Shown in pieces: positions 9,101 through 17,963 of a stretch of DNA of 64,000 nucleotides. This DNA comes from Clostridia bacterium (GTDB lineage Bacteria; Bacillota; Clostridia; Oscillospirales; CAG-272), in contig JAFTIN010000003.1 of the NCBI GenBank assembly GCA_017456895.1, positions 47-64,046 on the forward strand, read 5' to 3'. The translations under genes were made by a program, and so were the position numbers. The number at the start of each line of letters is the position of its first letter. The stretch's first letter is position 1. The notes below the pieces were generated by a model that was given only the letters and a program-made list of their open reading frames with translations, searched no databases and was not told where the DNA came from.

Positions 9101-10100
9101 AATAGTCAACGCCTATCTTCATGGAAAGAGCGTCGAGAATATCCTTGGAAGGATTAGCGGAAACCGCGCCGCCGATGATATTCTCGGTCTTGGGAGCGCC
9201 CTCGTTAACGAGAGAACCGCAACCCATAGACGCGTTTACGGGATAGACATAATTTACGCCGTCATATACCTTGAAGTTATCAAAGCAGATGCTGGTACCG
9301 TAATTTTCGGGCTTGTCAGAGCCTGTGGACTGGAATCTGAAGAGCTCAATTCCCTTACCCGCATCACCGTACATAAGGAGGGGCTCGCCTGTCCAGAGCT
9401 CCATTCCCTTAGAGCCGTCCGGAGAACCGATGTAGATGTAAAGGAGGAAATACTTGGTGTTGGTTTCCGCAGCATTAGCCTTTTCAGCATCGGTCATATC
9501 GTCGGTTATACTTACATGCTCGTAAGTGTAATCAAAAACAAGCTGGATTCTGGTCCATTCGTTGGTAAGCTCGAATGCAGGCTCTGAGCTGCCGCCCTCG
9601 TGAGGGCCGTTACTCATCAGATATACCTGATTGTCAACTACCTTCATGAAGTCATAAGTGCTTCTGGTAGTTCCGCGCTTGGTACCAAAATGGATAACGT
9701 TAGAGAAGTTACAAATGTCGTCGCTCTTTACGTCAAACTCAAATACGGTACCTACATCCTGGTTAGTACCGAAATTGATCTGAGCGTAGTCGTTGTCGCT
9801 CGAGTTGAGCTCAAGACGCCAGAAGTAGTTGATCTCAAAATCAGCTGTCTCCTCATAATCAATAGTGAAGGTGGTAGAGCCGGTAGAGCCCTGATCCTGG
9901 ATCTGCATACCGTTGTTCACACCCCAACCCTCGTCATAGGTACGGTTGTAGAGGAGCTTGATCGGGCTCTCTTCTTCCGTATCCTCTGTTTCGCCTTCGC
10001 CGCTCTCGGTCTCTTCAGCGTTTGCAAAGATCGCAAACATGGAGAGCAAGGAAGACATAACGAGAATGAGTGCGAGTAGTCTCAGAAATTTGCTTTTCAT
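6144..10100 (-). CDS. Secreted multidomain heparinase II/III-like polysaccharide lyase (1318 aa)
   Basis: Signal peptide; copper-amine-oxidase-N-like stalk; motifs WGPGHFLNC, NNWAAVC, YAPDGAYNESPGYWNYGT, HGQIDAGAFVY. Confidence 0.75.
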   Translation of the reverse strand: MKSKFLRLLALILVMSSLLSMFAIFANAEETESGEGETEDTEEESPIKLLYNRTYDEGWGVNNGMQIQDQGSTGSTTFTIDYEETADFEINYFWRLELNSSDNDYAQINFGTNQDVGTVFEFDVKSDDICNFSNVIHFGTKRGTTRSTYDFMKVVDNQVYLMSNGPHEGGSSEPAFELTNEWTRIQLVFDYTYEHVSITDDMTDAEKANAAETNTKYFLLYIYIGSPDGSKGMELWTGEPLLMYGDAGKGIELFRFQSTGSDKPENYGTSICFDNFKVYDGVNYVYPVNASMGCGSLVNEGAPKTENIIGGAVSANPSKDILDALSMKIGVDYCYIGKERKPIAVADDGTAFGAPVRINGEVMISLDKVLEYIGYPSYVHPDGSTIDISTGLSATYLFIGKKEATVGGIVVDLNTAPGYVTDADGNTFIAIALSDVDSLFPGYHSDYDDMGYIAISEYRNILDRDVNLAAMVAVMKEFVFDYFTADQIYEDVKNNTNGFQHPYILANGEQIDLMYNEYQALNAKAEADELEEGSEEYWMWVHYQRIVDAGESYYKYYAKRDANGTYDTFAGVEPDQYDAKGNNLRGTHSLDQNYMDTFGYDVGGRSDITNRTNRLEGMAFAYVLTKDVKYLQLCYEVALILGNWTHWGPGHFLNCADSSNDYAVFYDWTYNGYVELKNAGVKRLDGSDYEVSVLAEILARQGVHEGYYSTINKTSDHLSPVVGTGGGHYTERNNNWAAVCTGGMAVAALAILGDVDEQYTYEAKYILSSNFDTLINNSGLDCYAPDGAYNESPGYWNYGTNNLFRMCAALDSAAGTNYGLLDCWGLDTTCYYACHTEDNDSHYFPFHDATLGSQDTSYFFYVAQHYGDDTLYDVRLKQINGNVKWATPIDLIYYPRDVEINAEAVQLDYYSDNIDLFATRASWERGALFASIIGGKNNVTHGQIDAGAFVYHNGGNIWVYDLGTENYNAPGFWPDATRYRYYVMKPEGNNTVAISSDPVGVPYGQTLNSVADSYDWGSNEHGAYAVYNMGTALGAQVNRWERGMLLTNDRKTTVIQDQISFKSMQTVYWFAHYSLRYVDKVEISKDGRTAYMKQEMGKNEHGETIYQTVRFSLLSPNPSLKFEIMDCYTFIHTTGNSATYSPEDVAKLGTEYERDRSQYRKLAICSGEAVSFEIAVVIEMIDDKTIGKKTEPAVGYTMDNMDSWVPYADTRNVKVDEGDTIIRRGKPSVEKHFVQGLAKIAAMEEQGILYTDKITDYYRALTDAYYCVRTLGVDMPSGYEDQIAALKEYREAFAAYRKAVSELQKGQLEFVYKLMSLK

Positions 10101-10133
10101 AAGAGGTTCTCCTTTTTATAATTTGCTGATTTT

Positions 10134-10162
10134 AGAATAACACGCCATTTTTTAAAAGTCAA
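10134..10162 (-). promoter_or_regulatory. SigA-type promoter
   Basis: TTGACT-N17-TATTCT. Confidence 0.55.
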
Positions 10163-10245
10163 GGGAGAAAATAAGTAATATTAAATAAAAAAATAAAACT
10201 ATACAAAAATACGTTGGAAGCACTGTTCATTCTTCACAAAACATA

Positions 10246-10283
10246 AGCGGAGAGCCTCTTTCCCGTCGGCTCTCCGCTCGTTT
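10246..10283. terminator. Terminator-like hairpin after the histidine kinase gene
   Basis: GCGGAGAGCC...GGCTCTCCGC. Confidence 0.6.
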
Positions 10284-11582
10284 TCAAAATATCATCGTAA
10301 TATCTACCGTAACACCGTCTTCACTCTTAGCCTTTACGGTTCCTCCGTGAGCTCTCACAATAGCCTGAACTACCGAAAGGCCTATTCCCGAGCCGCCCGT
10401 AGCGGAATTTCTCGAGAGATCGGTACGGTAAAAACGGTCAAACCACCTGTCGAGTGAGCCCTTCTCTACCCCTTCCGTGGTGTTGGATACGGTGAGCTCA
10501 ACTCCGTTTGGCAGCTTCTGTATTCTTACCGAGACGCTTCCGCCCTCGTTGACATATCTGAAGGCATTATCGAGTAGGAGCATAATACATCTTCTGATCT
10601 CGCCCTCGTTTCCGACAAGCATAACGTTCTCAGAAACTGCCACATTAAACGACACGCCCCCCGACATAGCGATGCTTTTATACTGCTCGGAGGTATCGAA
10701 AAAGGCCTCGGAAAGCGAAAATTCACTCATCTCGAGCTTAACTCCCTCCTCCATCTTTGAGAGGATAACGAGCTTTTCTGTAAGCGAGGCGAGCTTGGAT
10801 ACCTGATTCTTTATACCCTCGGTCCACTGACTCTCTCCGTTTTCCATTTCTATTACCTCTGCGTTCGCGGAGATAACGGTCAAGGGCGTTTTCATCTCAT
10901 GGCCCGCATCCGTGATGAATCTTTTCTGCTTCTCATAGCTCTCTATGATCGGTCTGAGAGCTGTTTCCGAGAGCAGTATAACAAGCAGGAATATAGCCAC
11001 AAGACCAACACCCGTAATGATAAGGCTTGAGACAAGGAAGGACCTCATAGAGTCAAACTCGCGCGTTGCGTCGAGGAAAACGTAGATTATACATCCGTCC
11101 TCCGTACCGCCTCTCTTGTACTTATAGCTGTCCAAGTATCCGTCGCTCCAGTCCTCTGCGAACATTTTTGCAGCCAGATTCTTTGCCTCTTCATAATCCA
11201 CGGCAGCTATTTTTGTAGTGTCAACAGTCAAAACGTTGCCACCCGTGTCAAATTTAACAGTAAAATATCTCGTCTCGAAGGGAGTCTCGGGGCTCATATG
11301 CTGACGCTTGTCCTCTTCCTCCTCCTTTTCGGTCTGATCGGCGTTCTCGCCGTCTTCAGCGGTGTTCGCATCTTCCTTTCCCTCATCGGGATCCGGCTCC
11401 TCGATAGGTGGGAACTCGGGCATTTTTCCTTCATTTTCAACGATCAGCGAAAGCTTGTCCTCAAGCTGTGAATCAACCGAGACGAAGCTGGCTATGTTGA
11501 TAGCGGCGATAATGATGCCGAGAACAATAGTCACCGAGGTCATTACGATAAGTATATACTTCCTTTTCAGGCGCTTGATCAT
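10284..11582 (-). CDS. Sensor histidine kinase (HisKA/HATPase, two TM)
   Basis: FITDAGHEMKTPL H-box, LLDNAFRY N-box, FDRFYR, GSGIGLS. Confidence 0.93.
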   Translation of the reverse strand: MIKRLKRKYILIVMTSVTIVLGIIIAAINIASFVSVDSQLEDKLSLIVENEGKMPEFPPIEEPDPDEGKEDANTAEDGENADQTEKEEEEDKRQHMSPETPFETRYFTVKFDTGGNVLTVDTTKIAAVDYEEAKNLAAKMFAEDWSDGYLDSYKYKRGGTEDGCIIYVFLDATREFDSMRSFLVSSLIITGVGLVAIFLLVILLSETALRPIIESYEKQKRFITDAGHEMKTPLTVISANAEVIEMENGESQWTEGIKNQVSKLASLTEKLVILSKMEEGVKLEMSEFSLSEAFFDTSEQYKSIAMSGGVSFNVAVSENVMLVGNEGEIRRCIMLLLDNAFRYVNEGGSVSVRIQKLPNGVELTVSNTTEGVEKGSLDRWFDRFYRTDLSRNSATGGSGIGLSVVQAIVRAHGGTVKAKSEDGVTVDITMIF

Positions 11583-12253
11583 TTACCCGCCTCCAGAGAG
11601 TAGCCGAGATTTCTGTGAGCCTCAATGACCACGGATGATCCGAGCCCCTGCAGCTTTCTGCGAAGATAGGATACGTAAACCCATACCACGTTTTGCTCGG
11701 TCTCGCTGTCGTAGCCCCATATCTTATCCATAAACCTATCTACGGAAATTATTCCGCCGTCGGCGCTGATAAGCATCTCGAGCATCTGAAACTCCTTATT
11801 GGTGAGTCTGACCTTCTCCTCGCCAGAGATAAGCATACACGACGAGAGTTCAAGAGTGATATCTCCAAAGGTGAGGCTGGTATCCACGTTCTCGGTACGG
11901 CGTCTGAGCATAGCCCTGACTCTGGCTAACAGCTCCTTCATAGCGAAGGGCTTGGTGAGATAGTCATCCGCTCCCGCATCGAGTCCCTCAACACGGTCGT
12001 CTATATCTGATTTCGCCGTTAAAATCAACACGGGTATGCTGTTTCCTTCTTCCCTGACCTTACGAAGCACCGACATTCCGTCCAGCTTCGGCATCATTAT
12101 ATCAAGGATAGCTCCGTCATAATTTCCGTTTTCGAGATAACAAAGAGCCTCCTCACCGTCATGCACGACGTCGACGGAATAATTGTTGTGGCGGAGAATG
12201 ACCGCCAGAGCCTTGGCGAGCTCCTTTTCATCCTCTGCAAGAAGCAATCTCAT
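11579..12253 (-). CDS. OmpR/PhoB-family response regulator
   Basis: LLAEDE, LDIMMP, GADDYLTKPF, winged helix VYVSYLRRKL; 4-nt overlap with the kinase. Confidence 0.95.
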   Translation of the reverse strand: MRLLLAEDEKELAKALAVILRHNNYSVDVVHDGEEALCYLENGNYDGAILDIMMPKLDGMSVLRKVREEGNSIPVLILTAKSDIDDRVEGLDAGADDYLTKPFAMKELLARVRAMLRRRTENVDTSLTFGDITLELSSCMLISGEEKVRLTNKEFQMLEMLISADGGIISVDRFMDKIWGYDSETEQNVVWVYVSYLRRKLQGLGSSVVIEAHRNLGYSLEAGK

Positions 12254-12346
12254 ATAATCCTCCTTGGGCAAGAGATTCTCGGTACAGATACCGCTTCCCT
12301 CTTCGCCGCTTTAAAAATATTTTCAACCATAGGCTACCAAACGTAG

Positions 12347-12362
12347 CTTAAAGAAACTTAAA
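12347..12362 (-). promoter_or_regulatory. Direct repeat TTTAAG-N4-TTTAAG, candidate response-regulator site
   Basis: Exact hexamer repeat with 10-bp period about 95 nt upstream of the regulator start. Confidence 0.45.
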
Positions 12363-12367
12363 ATAGT

Positions 12368-12400
12368 AGCCGCCCTTTAATTTTAACATATCGGGCGGCT
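12368..12400 (-). terminator. Hairpin downstream of spoVAF
   Basis: AGCCGCCC...GGGCGGCT. Confidence 0.5.
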
Positions 12401-12420
12401 TATTTCAAGCGTATTCTTTA

Positions 12421-13827
12421 TTATTCCTTTGGTAAATCGTTTTTCTTTACGCGGAAGATGAGGTGCGCCATCGCCCGACCGTCGAAGGGTATGAGCGGAT
12501 ACAGATATCCCGATCTGCCCGTAACGGTAACGTTGGTAACGAGGAGAAACGAGAAAAGCAGCATACCTGCCAAAAGGCCCCAAGCGCCAAGAAAATAGGT
12601 AAGGATGAGCATAGCCACCCTGACAAACTTAAAGGCGTATCCGAGCTCTACGTTCTGCTGAGCAAAATTGGCTATAGCAACAAAAGCCATATAGAGGATG
12701 ACGTCCTCGCACACCCACCCTACCCCTACGGCAAAATCGCCAAGCAGAAGCGCGCCGACGACCGACAGAGAGTTGGATAGCATATCCGGAGTGTTCATTG
12801 AAGCTATCTTCAGTCCGTCGATAGCGATCTCTATGAGCAAAAGCTGTAAAATGATAGGCAGAGCGCCCGGATCATCGGGGATCAAAAACCCGAGATACTG
12901 GGGGAGCGTGTCGGAAAATTCAAGACAAAGATACCAAACGGGTGTGATTATTACCGACAGCAGCAGTATAAGCGTTCGTACTATACGCAGGTAACTGCCG
13001 GTGAGCGGCGGAAAATAATAATCATCGGTCTGCTGAAGGTAGTCAAAGATCGAGGTCGGAAGGATCATGACCTGCGGCGATGTGTCGCATATGATCAGTA
13101 CGCTCCCCTCAAGCAGCTGAGCAGATGCGGTATCCGGACGCTCTGTCACGCGTATTTTCGGAAACGGGTTCCACCATCCGCGCCTAACTAAGCTCTCGGC
13201 AAGGCTGCGGTAACCGAGGCATACCCCCTCGGGTCTGATCTGTCCGAGTCTCGACGAGATATTCTCTACCAGCTTCCTGTCCGCCACTCCTTCAACGTAA
13301 CAGAGTACAATATCGGTACGCGAGGAGCCGCCGAGACCGAAGTGCCGCATCGTCAATCGCGGATCGCGTATTCTCCTTCGGATGAGAGCGGTGTTCATCA
13401 CCAGAGTCTCGACAAAACCGTCTCTTGAGCCCTGCATCACCCTGTCCGTGTCCGGTTCGGCAGTAGTACGTGCGGGATAGGTCCTCGCGTCTATCAGTAT
13501 CGACTCGGTCGGGAATGACGAAGATAGGACCGCGGTTTGTCCGGAAAGTACAGCGGTGATTATTCCGTCAATATCATCTGCGAGCTCGACCTCAATGTAC
13601 GGCAGGTCGCTGACCAACGCATTGGCGCCACCGATGCTCTTTTTTGAAAGCAGATACTGCATCAGCCTCTGCATCTCCGAGTCCTTGGTAAATCCGTCGA
13701 CGTAGAAAAAACACACGTCATCCTGCCCGACGGTAAGATGTCTTTCAATGACGTCAAAGTTCTCCCCTACCCTGAGCCTCGAGGACAGGAGTGAGACGTT
13801 TGCCTTGTGGGATAGACTTAAGCTCAT
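12421..13827 (-). CDS. spoVAF: Spore germination GerA-family protein, SpoVAF-like
   Basis: RDGFVETLVMNTALIRRRIRDP, NPFPKIRVTERPD, C-terminal TM region, YLYPLIPFD; no B or C subunit adjacent. Confidence 0.85.
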   Translation of the reverse strand: MSLSLSHKANVSLLSSRLRVGENFDVIERHLTVGQDDVCFFYVDGFTKDSEMQRLMQYLLSKKSIGGANALVSDLPYIEVELADDIDGIITAVLSGQTAVLSSSFPTESILIDARTYPARTTAEPDTDRVMQGSRDGFVETLVMNTALIRRRIRDPRLTMRHFGLGGSSRTDIVLCYVEGVADRKLVENISSRLGQIRPEGVCLGYRSLAESLVRRGWWNPFPKIRVTERPDTASAQLLEGSVLIICDTSPQVMILPTSIFDYLQQTDDYYFPPLTGSYLRIVRTLILLLSVIITPVWYLCLEFSDTLPQYLGFLIPDDPGALPIILQLLLIEIAIDGLKIASMNTPDMLSNSLSVVGALLLGDFAVGVGWVCEDVILYMAFVAIANFAQQNVELGYAFKFVRVAMLILTYFLGAWGLLAGMLLFSFLLVTNVTVTGRSGYLYPLIPFDGRAMAHLIFRVKKNDLPKE

Positions 13828-13847
13828 ACACACCTCCGTTTTCTTAG

Positions 13848-13877
13848 GATTATTGACGGGGAGCGATATTTGTATTC
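13848..13877 (-). promoter_or_regulatory. Putative SigG (forespore) promoter
   Basis: GAATA-N18-AATAATC, close to the SigG consensus GNATR-N18-CATNNTA. Confidence 0.45.
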
Positions 13878-13898
13878 ATCCTGAGTTGTTTTAAGTGC

Positions 13899-13938
13899 AA
13901 AAAACACCCGTGTAGCCTCAAATAAAGCCACACGGGTG
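13899..13938 (-). terminator. Rho-independent terminator
   Basis: CACCCGTGT...ACACGGGTG with T6 on the minus strand. Confidence 0.7.
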
Positions 13939-13960
13939 CCATCTTATCTGTTTTTCACGG

Positions 13961-16009
13961 TCAGTCGATCTTTCTTTTTCCCATCCTTCTGAACTGTCCG
14001 TCAAGCGGGAATGGAGCCCCTTCGCGAAAGGCTCTGACAACCCTTGCGACCTCGCGGGAAGTCTCCGTGGTGAAGATAAAGTGATATCCTCTGACGCCGC
14101 GTATATCCGAAAGCTTATCCGCCATATAGGTGTATGCGGAATTGAAGATAAGGTTGCGGTGCGAGAACTCACGCATCATCGGGAAGGCTATTCCCTTTCT
14201 GTCAACGAGAGTGCATTTTCCACACTTATCACATCCGAAGTTATCCTTCATAAAACAGCGCTCGGTTATCATCAACGGTATCCTGCCGTAGACGATGGCG
14301 CGGGCACCTATGCCTCCGGCCTGCCTTGCCGTAAGCTCTGCAGATACGGTAACGCTCTGTACACCGATATCCTTAAGAGCGAAAAGCGAGTCGGAATTGG
14401 TGACGTTCAGTCTGAAATCGCCCAGTGGCGTAAGGCCGTATTTCTTAGCCAGTACAACGTGAGAAAGATTGCCTATAAGAGCGTAGCGAGCCCCCTGCTC
14501 CTTAGCATCCCCGATAAGCTCCTCTACCGTCTTTATTTCATCCTCCATTATCACCGGAGGCAGGTATATTCCGTTGGCCTTATCCTTGACAGCCCCGTAA
14601 TCGGTAAGAGGCGCAAAAATAACGTCAAAGTGGCTAAGAACGTCCTCTACGAGAGAAGAAAGAGTATCCGCGCGGTGGAAAACGGCTATGCTTTTCAGCG
14701 CATTTTCCTCTAAAAACGCGGGGGGCGTGTCGAGTTTTCGGCCGTTTTCATCATCCGTCCATGCCCTACCGAAGCACTCGAATTTCTCCGCCGCCTCACG
14801 TCTTAATCTGTTCAACGAGGCGACAGACATATTAACACCGGAGTCGAGCTCAAGCTCGATATCCGAGGGGGAGAGCGAAAGAAACGTGTTGCCCATCTTA
14901 GAGAGTCTTTCCTTCACCGCATCCTCGGTAAGAGGGGCACTTTTGGCCACGTCGGCGCAGTCGCCGCGCACGGTAACCTCTCGGTCTGTATCAATGCCGT
15001 AAACCGTCATTTCGGATGGCTCTCCGAGCTTTATTTTCACACGTGCCCTGACCTTCACTCTGTCGGGAGTGAAATCCCCGGTCGCATCCATCCTCGAGGC
15101 CTGCTTGTCCGCCTCGGTCCTGACACCGGTCATTCTGCCAAACGTGTCGCCCCTAAAGTAACCGTCGGTAAAGCCGCCGCGAGAGAAGGCGCGTTCAAGT
15201 CGTCTGTTCTCTTCTCTTGTGGAATTCCTGTGCTCGTCAAGAAGCCTTCGGTATATCGAGGTCACGGTATATACGTAATCCGCAGACTTCATACGTCCCT
15301 CGATCTTAAGCGATGCGACACCCGACTCTATAAGCTCCGTGACGTGCTCTGCCAGCGAAAGATCGCTGAGCGAAAGTATATACTTACCGTCGTTATACGG
15401 AAGGCGGCAAGGCTGGGCGCACTCTCCGCGATTTCCGCTCCTGCCTCCGATCATGGATGAAAACAGGCATTGTCCGGAGTGACATACACATAGTGCTCCG
15501 TGTAAAAACACCTCTGTCTCAGCCTTACATCTCTCGGTCACCGCCCTGATATTTTTACCCGAAAGCTCCCTTGCAAGTACTACACGGGTACACCCTAACG
15601 AGTATGCAAGGTCCGCGCCGAGTGAATTGTTGACCGACATCTGAGTGGAGGCGTGGAGCTCAAGATCCGGAATCTCTCTCCTCAATCTTCTGATAAGCCC
15701 GAGATCCGCGACTATAAGCGCATCTACGCCAAAAACGTATAGCTCCTTGGCAAAGGCAACGGCTTCGTCGAGCTCATTACCGAAGAGAAGTATATTCATG
15801 GTGACGTACAGCTTCACGCCGTGGAGGTGACAGTAGGACACCGCTTTTTTAATTTCATCCGAGTCAAAGTTCTTCGCATACGCCCTCGCGGAAAACGCCT
15901 TTCCGCCTATGTAGACGGCATCCGCTCCGCCTCTGACAGCAGCCACGAGACACTCAAAGTCGCCCGCGGGAGCGAGCAGCTCGGGAAGATCATCTTTTCT
16001 TCTCATCAT
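13961..16009 (-). CDS. Peptidase U32-family Fe-S protein with DUF3656 (RlhA-like RNA hydroxylation protein)
   Basis: ELLAPAG, HASTQ, HGALCVCHSGQC, NRGECAQPCR, LKIEGRMK; long form. Confidence 0.85.
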   Translation of the reverse strand: MMRRKDDLPELLAPAGDFECLVAAVRGGADAVYIGGKAFSARAYAKNFDSDEIKKAVSYCHLHGVKLYVTMNILLFGNELDEAVAFAKELYVFGVDALIVADLGLIRRLRREIPDLELHASTQMSVNNSLGADLAYSLGCTRVVLARELSGKNIRAVTERCKAETEVFLHGALCVCHSGQCLFSSMIGGRSGNRGECAQPCRLPYNDGKYILSLSDLSLAEHVTELIESGVASLKIEGRMKSADYVYTVTSIYRRLLDEHRNSTREENRRLERAFSRGGFTDGYFRGDTFGRMTGVRTEADKQASRMDATGDFTPDRVKVRARVKIKLGEPSEMTVYGIDTDREVTVRGDCADVAKSAPLTEDAVKERLSKMGNTFLSLSPSDIELELDSGVNMSVASLNRLRREAAEKFECFGRAWTDDENGRKLDTPPAFLEENALKSIAVFHRADTLSSLVEDVLSHFDVIFAPLTDYGAVKDKANGIYLPPVIMEDEIKTVEELIGDAKEQGARYALIGNLSHVVLAKKYGLTPLGDFRLNVTNSDSLFALKDIGVQSVTVSAELTARQAGGIGARAIVYGRIPLMITERCFMKDNFGCDKCGKCTLVDRKGIAFPMMREFSHRNLIFNSAYTYMADKLSDIRGVRGYHFIFTTETSREVARVVRAFREGAPFPLDGQFRRMGKRKID

Positions 16010-16132
16010 TACCTCTTCGCGCCCTCGGTCGCTTGCCCTTAAGCGCTTAAAATTTATCGGTAATATTTTATCATATAGGGTAAAAAAAGTCAATACGCCG
16101 CGCCCACGTGATATATGAGCGCGGCGATCGGC

Positions 16133-16717
16133 TTAGTGCGAACCTTTGGGCACGGAAAGAAAGATCGGTCTTTGCTGCTCACCCTTTAGAGCGGCGTTAA
16201 TAACCGAAGGAATCAGCTCAAACTCCGCTACGAGAGAATGCGGCTTAGCCTTAGGACTATCTTGAAGCATAGGAACAAAATACACGGCCTTACGGTTGAG
16301 CATAAGGGAGATGTTATATAGATTTTGACTCATAGCGTCGTTCGAGGCGAGAGCTATGACGAGCGGTCTGTCAGCTCTTAGATGAGCCTTGATAGCCATG
16401 GTCGCCGCCGTATCCGTTATTCCGTTTGCCACCTTGCCGAGAGTATTACCCGTGCATGGCGCAACGACGAGAAGATCAAGGGGCGAGGCAGGTCCGAGAG
16501 GCTCGGCATCCACCACCGTGTGAATTATTTTTCTTCCGCATACGCTTTCAACCCGCCGAGAAAATTCCTCTGCCCTCTGAAATCTCGTGTCAGTGTAATA
16601 TGCGTTTTCGCTCATAATGGGCAGGACGTCATAGCCACAGCCGACAAGCTCGCAGAGTACCCCGAGCGAGCGCTCAAGAGTACAGAAGGAGCCGGTAAAG
16701 CAATAACCGATCTTCAT
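16133..16717 (-). CDS. spoVFB: Dipicolinate synthase subunit B
   Basis: IGYCFTGSFCT, AEPLGP, APCTGNT, KAHLR, KPHSLVA. Confidence 0.93.
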   Translation of the reverse strand: MKIGYCFTGSFCTLERSLGVLCELVGCGYDVLPIMSENAYYTDTRFQRAEEFSRRVESVCGRKIIHTVVDAEPLGPASPLDLLVVAPCTGNTLGKVANGITDTAATMAIKAHLRADRPLVIALASNDAMSQNLYNISLMLNRKAVYFVPMLQDSPKAKPHSLVAEFELIPSVINAALKGEQQRPIFLSVPKGSH

Positions 16718-16766
16718 CCCTGTAAGTCTCCTTTAAATGTGTATTTCAAAGGAGTAAGCCGGACGG

Positions 16767-17531
16767 CTACCCCTCCTTTATCAGACGGCGCTCTATAGCC
16801 CTTCCCCACGCTGTACCGGCGGACACGGGAAACATTTTCGCAGGGATAGAAGGATACCTTTCCACCCCGGGAACATCCGGGAAGTTATCTCCCGAGGCAA
16901 GCTCCATAATACGCAGCCCGTCGGGTATATCGGAAGGGGAAAACAGCGGCGCCGGCGCCGTGTTGATCAGTATATCAAGTCCTGACAGATCCGCCCCCTC
17001 GGTACTCGACGCGCTGCCTATTCCGTACCTTGAAAGTTCAATACGGGCATCCGGCCTTGTGGTATAGACGCGTACCGTTGCTCCAAGATATAAAAAGAGA
17101 TTGGTAAGCTTTTTACCAATCCTTCCGTATCCGACTATTCCAATTTTCGTGTCACAAGGACAAAGCCTTGAAGTGCAGAGAAAAACACCGAGTGCGCATA
17201 CAGCGGTAATCGAGGCGTTATCAAGTAAGAACTCCTCATCCGCCGATAGATCGTGGACGGTCGCTCCGAGCTCCTCCGCCTCCTTAATAAATTCTCCCGG
17301 CATCCCGTACCCGGATATTAGCGTGTGACCGCTTATCGTATCTAAAACATCATAAATGCAAATATTAGTTTTCAAAATCGTATGTTTATCCTTCGTTGTC
17401 GGTATAGGCAACAATATCATTTTGTCAACGTCATCTGCACATTTTACGCTTCTTATATATTCAATACACGCGTCTGCCCTCGGGCCATTTTCATAAGAAT
17501 GTATAATCATAATGTCCTCAACCTTTGGCAT
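16767..17531 (-). CDS. spoVFA: Dipicolinate synthase subunit A (divergent)
   Basis: ILLPIP, EEFLLDNASITA, Rossmann GYGRIGK, INTAP; directly upstream of spoVFB. Confidence 0.8.
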   Translation of the reverse strand: MPKVEDIMIIHSYENGPRADACIEYIRSVKCADDVDKMILLPIPTTKDKHTILKTNICIYDVLDTISGHTLISGYGMPGEFIKEAEELGATVHDLSADEEFLLDNASITAVCALGVFLCTSRLCPCDTKIGIVGYGRIGKKLTNLFLYLGATVRVYTTRPDARIELSRYGIGSASSTEGADLSGLDILINTAPAPLFSPSDIPDGLRIMELASGDNFPDVPGVERYPSIPAKMFPVSAGTAWGRAIERRLIKEG

Positions 17532-17627
17532 AAGCTCACCCCGGAAAATGACCTCAGCACCCCGGGACGGTACCTCAAGATCCCACGAGGAAAAATAATA
17601 CCGCGAGGGATCCTGAGGTTACTTTAG

Positions 17628-17654
17628 TATTATATGAGAATAATTAAAACGTGT
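17628..17654 (-). promoter_or_regulatory. Putative SigK promoter of spoVFAB
   Basis: AC-N16-CATATAATA matches SigK consensus; spoVF is SigK-dependent in B. subtilis. Confidence 0.6.
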
Positions 17655-17839
17655 TACTCCGAGGATGTGAGGTCGCACTTTTCTCTGCCGCCGAACATGG
17701 AAGTCATCTTATGGCAGACACATTTCGTAGTCCTTTTTGCGCACCTTACAACGTTGAAGGCGCCTATCATAGCGAGCGTGCCGATCATCGCCGCAGCGTA
17801 AGGATGCGATCTTTTATGCTCTGTTTTTCCAAAAAACAT
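17654..17839 (-). CDS. Small 61-aa protein with one hydrophobic helix and a Cys/basic tail
   Basis: AAAGGAG SD at good spacing; YAAAMIGTLAMIGAFNVV hydrophobic stretch. Confidence 0.65.
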   Translation of the reverse strand: MFFGKTEHKRSHPYAAAMIGTLAMIGAFNVVRCAKRTTKCVCHKMTSMFGGREKCDLTSSE

Positions 17840-17902
17840 TTCAACTCTCCTTTTTTCGTTGTTTTCTTAGTATTCCACGTCTTTTATTTTTTATTAATCC
17901 CG

Positions 17903-17931
17903 TTGACAAAACTGTCGGTTTGTTGTAAAAT
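17903..17931 (+). promoter_or_regulatory. SigA-type promoter
   Basis: TTGACA-N17-TAAAAT. Confidence 0.7.
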
Positions 17932-17963
17932 TAATATAAGAAAAAATAAATGGAGAGTGAATT

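Noticed and set aside
6405-9587. 1060-aa + strand ORF antisense to the secreted lyase
   Set aside because: In-register shadow ORF caused by codon bias; Val/Ile/Ser-rich with no motifs or SD
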